DNA of 64,000 nucleotides, taken from Sphaerodactylus townsendi. Taxonomy: Eukaryota. The notes under the pieces are model-generated. The model did not search any database. It saw only the letters and a list, made by a program, of their open reading frames with translations, and was not told where the DNA came from. The stretch spans positions 121,582,001-121,646,000 of the forward strand of contig NC_059427.1 in assembly GCF_021028975.2 (NCBI RefSeq), read 5' to 3'. The stretch's first letter is position 1, and each line of letters starts with the position of its first letter. This document shows positions 49,054 to 59,835 of the stretch, piece after piece. The position numbers and the translations under genes are program-made.

Positions 49054-52000
49054 TTATTGTCTCCACTTTATAACAATAAATGTTAAAAAACAGATGGATA
49101 AAACCAAACGGGTATAATTTAGTCCCTTCTGCACAAAGAATACAGTTTTATCCTCGAGGATTGGTTCATCCTGGTGTCCTTCTAAAACCAGATGTTTTCT
49201 GATCTGCTGCAGTTCCACACTCAGTTGTTTCAGAAGCACCAAGCTGTTTGCATTATCTGTTTCTGGCAAAATACCTTCATTGACCTTTTTGTTCTCCATG
49301 GATGTCTCATCTGTCACATTTCCTGCTGTATGGAAGAAAATAAGGGCATTCATTTTTTTCTGACCTGCATGCAGTGGGTTGGCTTCAGTGCAGTGTTCCC
49401 ATAGCTGAAGGTATTGTCTGTGGAACACAACTTTTGCTGTCCCTCATGGCAGTCTGAAATGCCCTCTGAAATTCTGTATCTGAAGAAGGTGGGTCTCTTA
49501 AGAACAGGATTTCAAGGGATATTTCATGCCGATGCGGAAGTGGGAACTGACAGAATCATGCTCCGCAGGTTCTTGCGCCCACATAAATGCTTTGCTGGAT
49601 TTAACTCATTGTTTCCCATACTGAAAACTGTATCAAAATTTTACCTGGAATAATCACAGGGTCCACTGTTTTCTTTCTCCAGAACCTGCTCATACATTTC
49701 CTGTCCTTGAAGAAAAGAAGGTTTGGTTTCGTCTCATTGAGATACATCATCAGGAAGTTCTCCAGGATTCCAAGCACCATAAACATGAATATGCCAGTGA
49801 AATACATCACTATACAGAAGAAAAAAACAGTGTGGCAAAAAATGGGCTTCACAGGCAGTTTTTTTAATGACCTCAGAGCCAAGCTGTTTATTCAAGGAGG
49901 ATCATCACTATCATCATCAATAATTTAATTTTAGCATCAAAAGTGACTAACGGTGGCAGAAATACACAAATACATGTCATAACCACTGAAAACAAATTAT
50001 GAAGTAGAATTGCTTGGTTTAGTGTGTGGCTGGGGTAAGTTGAGTAGAAAGTAGGTTGAGCACCATAAAATTGAAACACCTCAAAAAGGGTGATAGAAAG
50101 AGCCTTTGCTAGTGGCAATTTAAGGTGTCTTAAATCTAACTAATGGAAATAGGGTGTGGAATAGTTAAGCAGACTCTCATGGAGCATTATGGAGACATAT
50201 CAGGTTGCAGCTTGAATCAATTAGCACCTGTAAATTGTGGGTCATGCTGAGACATTAACACCTACAGTATGTGAGGAAACTGAAGTCAAGTCTGGTCATT
50301 CTTGTATTTGTTAATTGACTATGTTTGAAGTATGTTTGAAGTACTTGATACTTAATTGAGTATGTTTGATGCTACACTTCACAGTAAGGAGGAGGGGCTT
50401 AAGAAGATCTTTGCCATTCTCTTAACTCATGTAGGAATCACTGGGTGGACCAAATGTTTGCTGGCCCCTTACTCTTAGCTCAACTGAACAATGAATTGAG
50501 AGCTGTCACAGCTCAGATATCTGCAAGACCCTGATGCAAAGAAAGCTCTGCCATTAATTCATAAGATGACCTTAGGCAAGTTATTCAACCTGAGTCCCCT
50601 ATAATACAGGCCTATCTTACTGGGACATTGTAAGTACAGCAAGATAATATACATGAAGAAGTCCTTTGACTGTTTTAAGACACTACATAAATGCTTAATT
50701 TCAGTTTGACTTAGAGTGTGAATGGATCTCTGGGACCTTCCCAAATGATATGACAGGCCCTAAATGCCACATGAAAACAAATCCATAGAAGTAAGGCATT
50801 TACCTATAACTGGTGGGTCATCTGATGTTGCTGGCAGCATTTCATTAAGGATCAATGACAGGACAGAGATTTCCAGGATCAGTGTGACTTTGAAGGCAAT
50901 CATCTCTCCCGCAGACACAACTGCAAAAGAAATAGCCATATCCAGCAAAAAGAGAGTGAGGGTTGGTACGATCAGAACTAGCACGTGAAAAATCGACCTC
51001 CTTTTCATTGAAATCTGTCAAAAAAAAGAGAGCAAAGATTATTACAGAGCATTAATCTTTTTGGTCATTCCTAACAAGAGCCTAAATTCTTAGCACTCTT
51101 ACAGTGTCAGCAAAGTTGTTACACCTTTCTAAGATGACTAAAGTCAATCAGTATAGCCAGTGGCGGGATCCAAAAATTTTAGTAACAGGTTCCCATGGGG
51201 GTGGGATTCAAACTGTGGCGTAGCGCCAATGGGGCTGGGCGGGGCATTCCGGGGGCGTGGCCGGGCATTCCGGGGGCGGGGCATTCCTGGGCGGGGCTGT
51301 GGCAAGGATGCAGCCGCTGCACCGGTCCTTGGGCGGGAAACTAATGCACGCAGGGGCAGGCTGCCACGCACACCGGTGCACCTCCTGCTAGACTGCTTCA
51401 AGTTCTGCGCGCTGCTGCTGAGAGGAGGGGCGTAACTAAGGCAAAAATCACATGGCAAAATCACCCATTAGTAACCCCCTCTCGGCACACACAAATAATT
51501 AGTAACCTACTCTCGGGAACCTGTGAGAACCTGCTGGATCCCACCTCTAAGTATAGCTCTGATTAGAATGGCATTTAATGGAATGCAAGGCCATAGTGAT
51601 CTTTTTCCTGACATTTTCCCTAATTCTCATATTGTGGGGAAATAATGGAGCCACTGCCAAGCCTTAGGTGGGAACAATAGGTAGGGCTGACAAATCCAGT
51701 GTGAAATTCCTGGAGATAGGGGCAGTGCTTAGACAGGGCAGTGTTGGTGGTGGGGCAGTGGGAGCTCTGCAAAAATGTGATTAGGCTTGCTAAGTAGATG
51801 TTGGAAAATTTCTGAAGATTTGGGGGTGGAACTGGGGATGATGGAACTTGGGGAAGAGAGGAAACTCGGTAGACTATCAGGCCAAGGAATCTGCCCACCA
51901 AAGCAGCCATTTTCTCCACAGGAACTGATCTCTGAAATCTGGAGATCAGTTGTAATTACATCCAGATCAAAGCCCAGCCCTTCAGCTGTCCCTTTTCTTA

Positions 52001-55000
52001 AGAGGTCTTTCCCTCAGCAATCTTAAATTTAAAACGTATATTTCCTGCCTGGTATCACTCAACCTGAAAAAGCTCTGAAAACTGCCTCCAGGGTTTTCAG
52101 TCCCATAAGATACATCAGCCAACAGCAATCCTGTCCCTCTCTAAACTTCCACCTGGTCTCTGGCCTTTATTGTCTGTATATGTGAATCTTTATGGTCTAC
52201 TGCACAGGTGTCAAACTCGCGGCCCTCCATATGTTATGGACTACAGTTCCCATCATCCCCTGCCAGTATGATGCTGGCAGGGGATGATGGGAACTGTAGT
52301 CCACAAACCCCCACCCCCACCCCCAACATAGATTTTCTTCAGGGGAGCAGATCTCTGTACTCTGGAGATGGGTTATAATTCTGGAGGATCCTCAGAGCTC
52401 ACCAGGAAGTTAGCATTTTTAGTCTAAAATGAAAGATTCTGTTTTAACCAACACCATGTATAAAATACTAACAGTATTCACTCAGACACATGCTTATTGA
52501 TGAACATACTTATTTCCAAGGAAGTACGTTTAGGATTATAGCCTTAATTATACTGCACATCATACTTAGTTAAACCCAAGAAATAACACCATCCTCATTA
52601 TTTAGTGTGGCACCCAAATAGATTTGAGATCTGAGGAGATGCCTTCATCAATCACAGCTCCCACAGCATCTTCAACAGCCAGCACCACCAAAAGTTCAGA
52701 AATCTGGCAGTCATTGATGCTACGTGACCAGTGCAGCAGCAGTAGCGGCAAGAGCACCTAGAGGTTTGGGAAGTGGACTCTGAAGACCATCCGGCCCCAT
52801 ATTTCCAATGACAGCTGCTCAGGAAAAACAGAATCAGGAGGAGCTGCAGCATTTGAGCATCAGCGTAGGCTTTTTAACACCATCAGCAGCTCCAAAGGGA
52901 GATGAGGCTCATCTGCCTTTAGTAAGGAGCTTCTTTCAAGCCCAATCTACTCATGCAGAAGAATGAAGCAAATGGGATTCTGAAATGATAAAATGAGCTG
53001 TACTATTTCAGAATGCATGTGGGGAAATCCGTATTTTTAATATTATTGTTTGGAAAAAACTTCCTGCACAATAAAAATTAGAACGTTAGGGAGAAAGGTT
53101 CTAGCCTAGACCTTCATATGCTGTGCCAATTTCCCATTTACAGTAGAACATTTGTTAACAGTGTAATTGATGTGAATCTTAGTTGTGATAATTATATCAC
53201 GCTTCTTATAAATGCAGAGTTTGCACAATAGAGTGGCAGAGGCAATTGCTTACTGAAAATAAAGTTTACTGACTATAAAAGAAGGGAAGGGTAAACTTGG
53301 ATACAAAACAAGAAAATATCTTTCTAACTGGCTAGCTCCATTAGCTAGCTTGTGCCTGGCTATCACATGGCTAATAAGCTACTAGAGAGCAGGTGCAGAA
53401 AGTAACAAAGGATATATACCCATTGCTTACATACAGATCTGCATGTAGACTTGGCTGACCAATGGGGGTCAATTACCAGGTCACTAACTTCTGACCTCAC
53501 TAACTAATTAGCATGCACGATATTAACTTCTTCATTATTGGATTGGGTGAATGGCACTTGCAACAGTAATCCCTCGCCTGCTTCTGTTCATTCTGCCACC
53601 TTGGTATTCTGCCCCTCTCATTGCCACCTTGATCTTCCACATGTCTAGAACGTGTTTGAGACCCGCTAGATAACAGTGTTCAGGTAGTATCTCTTCAAGT
53701 CCACTGAAACACTTCAAAAGGCTTATCCATTTCAGGACAATATTGTCTACCTATTGAGTGATTTTATTATTGTGAATAACTTTGAGAGCTATTGTGGCTA
53801 AAAAGTGGTATGCGAGTATTATAAACCTACCAGCCATCACCTATTTCAATAATAATATAACCAGACTCAATGCATGTTTACTTAGAGGTCAATATGTATA
53901 GAATAACAGTCCCAAAGGTGTTGCCTGCTTTGATTGACATTGGGAGAAAGATGGTTAGAAATGACATAAATGAATAAATTTGCCACTTAAACAATTATTT
54001 AGGATAAAAATGCACATATAATTTAGCATAGGTTTTTAGAATGAGATGATCATTTTTTCTTCAGAAAGTAGTATGTTTAGAAAAAACCCTATATTTAATA
54101 AATGGTGATACAAATCTGCAAAGATAACACAACTCAAATTTATGCAGAGATAGTTTCTATGTTATTCCCATATTTCCAACATAAGCAAGCAAGCATTTGT
54201 AATGAATACCTCATATACAACTGTACTGTAGTTATCATCGTAAGGGACTATTTCCTCCGTGATCCTCAATTTTTCAAATTTCCATTCACCCTTTATGAGG
54301 TAATTCTCACGACTATCTTGGTTTGTCTTTTTGGAGCTTTTCATGTTCTTCATTAACATTTGCTTATCTAGAATCAACAGAGGACACAAGTTTGCTACTT
54401 TGGGGACAAATGACTATCATGTGCATCATGGACATGCAAAATGTTTGTAGAAAGTAAAATTCATAGAGATGTATTCTGGTCACAATTCTTTTTCAGTAGC
54501 CGCTCAAATTGCATGGTGTGAGATCATAGTAAGAACATAAGAACATAAGAAAGAGCCTGCTGGATCAGACCAGAGTCCATCTAGTCCAGCACTCTGCTAC
54601 TCGCAGTGGCCCACCAGATGCCTTGGGGAGCTCACATGCAGGATGTGAAAGCAATGGCCTTCTGCTGCTGCTGCTGCTCCCAAGCACCTGGTCTGCTAAG
54701 GCATTTGCAATCTCAGATCAAGGAGGATCAAGATTGGTAGCCAGAGATCGACATAGATCTATGGTAGACATAGATCCTCCCTAAATCTGTCCAAGCTCCC
54801 TTTAAAGCTATACAGGTTAGCGGTCAATTGTATCCAGGTTAGTGGCCATTTGTAAAATTTGTATCAATAGTAAACTGATTTATAGTGGTTAATAACCTGT
54901 GGCAGCAACTAATTTTGGAGGGACACTAGGGTATGTAGGTGAAAGAGCAAAAATGTACAAGGAACAGCAGTAATATGGAGAATGGAGGAAAGCGTGTAGT

Positions 55001-58000
55001 TGCTGAAGGAAAAAGGAAAGTGGATAGAGGATGAAGGATGCACACAGGATCATGCAGAGGCTGCAGACATAGGTGAGAAAGGGATGGAATTTAGAGATGA
55101 ACATAAATCAAATGGGGTACATGATAGAGGCAATATTCGAAAATATTTTAGGTGGATGGGGAGAAGAAAATCCTAGCTGAAAAATTTCACCATGCTTAGC
55201 TGGGTTCAAAGGCGTAGCAAGGGGGAGAAGCGCCCAGTGACCAATGTGTCCTCCGCCCTGTCCCACCCCGCCAGGCCCCCGCCCCGGAACGCCCCCACCA
55301 TGCCCTTGCCACACTCCCACATGGGCGAACACCAAGTGCGTTGCGCCCCCCCCTGCCCCACCTCCCACTTGAAGCTACGCCTCTGGCTGGGTTACCTGAA
55401 TGCAAACTAGATGTGAAAGTTAAATTGCATTTTTGTTCATCGAAAGGAAATGCATGGACATCCAGGTTGCAAGTTGAGGTGAGTCGATATATTTGGTGTA
55501 CAAAAACAGAACCATCGTATGACAATTCAACATAGGGGCTGGATGTGAATTTGTCTTCATCAGCCCTAAAGACATGGGATTATAATCAGGCAGGGGTTGT
55601 ATTTTGCACATATTAGGCAATCTAGGACTTTGGCATCTATGTGAGCATTCTCCATATCTATACAATCATCGGCTGATTCCGCATAACCAAAATAAGATGT
55701 CCTGGGGAACCTGTCTCCTCATTTTTTGTCTGGAGAGGACAAAAACGAAGCGTCTGAGGAGAGAGCAGTTTCCCCCCCCCAGCCCAAACTGCAAGCTCTC
55801 ACTTTCATTTTCTTCAGTTAGCCATTTTGTGAGACTTGGATCCTCCATGCCGCCTGCCATTTGATGAAGTTGCCTTAGGACATTTTCTCTGTAGGCATCT
55901 TGGCTGGGCATCTTTTCAGTGAATAAAGTACAGGAATTGACTCTTCTTTTCCTGCTGATTCCAGCAATATATAGTCTTCAATTTTTTTCAAAAAAACCTG
56001 AATCTCCCACCCTTCAGCTTCAGTAACAAAAGTGTACTTTATTCGGATACTGAAATGAAACATCACTTAAATGTCTAACCATATTGTACACATTAACAAT
56101 GACAAAATAAGAATTTGAGTGGTAAAATAAATTTGAGATTCACCTTGAACTGAAATTTCACTTCAATTTGAATTTTTTTTTAACACCAACTACTTGGATG
56201 CAGGGAATTGCCATGAAAATGTTTGTATTGAAATTCAGTACTTGAATCTGAGCTGTGAATTTACTCAGGTTTTATCCCCACTTGAAATTTGCACGCAGAT
56301 CCAAACCTGTTTGTTGTGAAACCGTGTCCTCTTCATCAGAGTTTCTCCCTCCCCACTGCAGCGAGCACACAGCAGACACACCCCGGTTGCAGAACTCTTA
56401 GCAATCCCCACTACCAGGCGAGCTTGCTTCGCCATTCTCCCCTGATTGGCTGGCATGCCTTGATGGGGTGGGACCTTTTCCCACTGTGGAAACGTACATT
56501 GTAGGGGCGTGATAAAAAAACCAGCATGTAAAAGTTTAATGTTTAACTGTTTAACTGTATAAACAGTTAATCATTACCTGTGTAAACCATTAACAATTCA
56601 AAGTTACTCGTTTGACTATTTAACATTTGCATACCCTTCACAAAAGCGGAAATGAAACCAAGGAAAGGCTGCGCACGCATCTCAGCGCTGATTGGTTGCC
56701 CGAATTACATGTCACACTCCAGGGTGGGAAACGAGTCAGGGTTTCAACTCTCATCCCTCCCCTCGGATCAGCTCTGAACCGTGTTAATGGGGTCTATGCC
56801 ACTTGCAACTAGGTCCTGCCGAAACGCGGATTAACTGGGAGAACGAGCGCCAGAAACGGAATCTGCCACCCAAGCAATGGGGAGGTCGTCCCTCAAACCT
56901 GGTTAGTTTGTGTTCTGAAACCTGGCTAAGACGCTAGTGGGGATTCGACCTCAGATTGATTCCTATTTTGTAGAAGAAGAACTGAAGAGGAGATAGCAAT
57001 TTGAGTAGATCCTTTCCAATTTATCCTTAGCTCAGCTGACATTTAAACTGAGGTCCAAGTTCAGCATGCAATCTGTTGCCTGCAAAACATGTGGCCACCA
57101 ACCAGAATACAGACCACCAGTCATGTACTATGATGACCTGCCAAGTACTTCATATTTCCCACCCCAGGGTTACCAGTCCTATGAAGGCAATAAAAAGAAG
57201 GTGAGCCAAGAAATGGCCTGAGGGACTGCCGTTGTCTTCATGGAGAGCAAAATATTCAGTCCTACTCTGTCCTAGTTCTTTGATATCTGATTTCTTCTAC
57301 TAAGGGGCACCCCATACTTCTATGATACATCTTACAAATCTGAATATGTGTGCTTTTGTGTCAGTAGTATCAATGGGGCAGAATACTGATTTTTCTTGTA
57401 AAAAGGTTTGGAATAGAAGAGAAAGAAAATTCAAGCTACCTTTTAAGGTTGATATTTGGATTGCATTTCAGGCAAGTTAGCTCTAATGTTTTTTAACTAA
57501 CCACCACATACTGGTAGATCAATTTTTCTTTTTCCAAGCATATGTCAGGTGCTCCAAAAAAAAGGTCAACCCTTGGAGCAAAATTCACAGGAACTTCCAA
57601 TTTATCTCCTGTATTTATACTAATCTCATGACCCAGCATTCTTAAACCTCTGCCTATGATTTTAGGGTTTTCAGTGTCTGGACATGAGAATGGTAATTTG
57701 AACTTACTTTATATGGTTGCAGTAGGGAAAGCAATCACATGAACAGAGTCTGAAAATAATGAGAAAATGGAAAGAAAGCCACCTTACCGTTCATCTATGT
57801 AGACGTCAGGCATCCAGAAAAGGTTTACAGGAAGGCTGATGCTGGTAATATTACAGAAATCTGAGGGATTCCAGGAAACAAACTCATTGTTCCAGATCTA
57901 GTGGAGGTGAAAATTAGGTAAATCAATTAGCTTGAGTTTAGTTTGAGTTCTCTTGGAGGATGGATCTGATTGTCATAAAAAGAGGAAGAAAAAAGCATGC

Positions 58001-58083
58001 CTTACCAGATTGAGCCAAAAATAGAATGTGACCACTTGCAATTTTTCATTCTGGAAGGATGAATGAAAATATGAATATATCTT

Positions 58084-58141
<58 letters not shown>

Positions 58142-58802
58142 TTGCACTAAATAGGGACAAAGTAGATGAAATTATTCAAAAACTATTTACCCTCCCTTGG
58201 GTGGAAAAGTGGCACTGCTAGACTTTGAGAGCTGCAAGTGTGGCTGATGAACAAGTAAATGAGCGTTCTGCATCCTGACAGCTTACATATCTAATAGAGT
58301 TCCCACCACTAGCAACTATTTTGCCCTTTTGTTGTTCTCTAATATTTAAGCTAGTTCCATTATAAACAAGAGAGTGACATGTTTCTCTTACTACAGAAAG
58401 GATGGAAACCAGGGTGAACTCCAGACCAACTTCCAAAGGTTCTTTCCAGTTCCTCTTGGGTATGGTGTATGAGAAAAGTTCCTTATTAGCAGACAGGTTC
58501 AGATGCTTAGCCACATCATAATATCTACAGATCTCCTCTGGTGTGATTTCTGAGTGAAAGGAGAACAATAGCAAGATTCAGTACCGTTTCATAAAAAGCA
58601 AAATCACATACCTCATTCTTCTTCACCTGCTTAGCTGTTCACAATCATATTGAAAGCTAGTGGAAAATTGCTGGTCTTCACTCCTCGGTGAATCTATGAT
58701 CATTCTTGATTTGGTTGCTGTGTGGAAGGATAAGAAGTTGCTTCAACCTGTCTTACCTGACACAGAAAAGATTAGAAAAATAATTGCAGCAGCTCTCCAC
58801 AT
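49054..58802 (-). CDS. Orphan pentameric ligand-gated ion channel subunit, 5-HT3 receptor/ZAC-family-like, copy B (443 aa)
   Basis: Exons 58802-58757, 58549-58392, 58050-58006, 57897-57788, 55565-55396, 54367-54210, 51014-50804, 49809-49645, 49322-49054 (46,158,45,110,170,158,211,165,269 = 1332 nt), GT-AG, open frame. About 40 amino-acid differences from copy A outside the signal peptide. Confidence 0.92.
51158..51549. mobile_element. Non-autonomous hAT in copy B intron 6
   Basis: Termini cagtggcgggatcc / ggatcccacctcta; perfect TSD agtatagc; empty site near 38381 in copy A. Confidence 0.85.
53168..53565 (-). mobile_element. Solo LTR, same family as 48067-48483, opposite orientation
   Basis: TG...CA termini; 5-bp TSD gtaat; empty site near 40042 in copy A. 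Confidence 0.85.
55207..55385. mobile_element. hAT MITE beside the copy B exon 5 donor
   Basis: Termini caaaggcgtagc / gctacgcctctg; perfect TSD gctgggtt. Confidence 0.85.
56268..56950. mobile_element. Harbinger-like non-autonomous element in copy B intron 4
   Basis: Imperfect TIR ggttttatccccact / agtggggattcgacc flanked by a 3-bp tca repeat. Confidence 0.55.
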
Positions 58803-59835
58803 TCTTCTGCTATTTTACAGATTTAGGAGAAGATATAAAGTAGGATGCCAAACTGTTGGGCTGCCCCAACTGATTGAGGCAAGTTTTCACATTAAACTGA
58901 ATTCCCACTCAGCTGTGCGATAATGGTTTTCATATCTGTGATTGTTTCTTTCACTTCTAAGCATTCAACCTAGCTACTGGCTCTGGAATGCCTCCATTTT
59001 TGCCTGCTGGTTTGTCTTTCTCAGAAATGTTTCCTCTTGTGCTTGATTTCAGAGCTGCTATATACTTTAATATGCATAACATACTTTGCTTTCCAGACAG
59101 TAACCACTCCATTTAATTGACTTTGCAAATCCTCTTTGATAGATATTGTGATTGATTGTGGGTACTGCACTCTTTGCAAATATGATGGGTTTGGCTTGGT
59201 AAATGGAACACTGGAATATGGCTATATTATTTATTTATTTGTATCCCGCCCTATTCCCTCAGGGCTCAGGGTTGGTCACAATATAAAATCAGTTACACAA
59301 TCACTAAAATCAGTACCATAAAAACAAATCTAATATTACCCCATGTATCCATTTTTTTGTTCGAAAAAAGGGGGTATCACACATTACTCAATAAAAAGTG
59401 ATAGGTGCCTTGCCTCCCCTAAGGTTCTCACCATTGGTAGTGGAGGATGGGCTTTAGGATAGTTGGCACAGGACAGCAGTACTGCTTCAGTGGGACAAGG
59501 GGACAGGAGGCTGCTGACAGTTATAATTTTTCTGAGTGAAATGGCTGTTATATGTATTAGCAAAGAGGTGATGTTTGTAGACTTTTTAAATTAAAGACGT
59601 TTTTGTTAGCATGCTTTTGGAAGACAACAAAGGGGCAGTGGTCAGGATCCTAGGGGGTAGGACACCTGTCACTTTTTATTGACTGATGTGTAGTACCAAC
59701 TTCTTCTTATGCAATTCATTACCTAACCCCCAATATCCTGGGGATTTTTGTTTGGTGGTGGTCAGAATTCCCAGTTGAGGAGCTCTACTAGCACCCCATC
59801 ATACTGTGTCAAGAGATGGGCATCCTTGTATGAAC

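Noticed and set aside
36427-58802. Assigning HTR3A or ZACN as the gene symbol
   Set aside because: Family features are clear, but key residues and the neighbourhood do not match either; orthology needs a tree.
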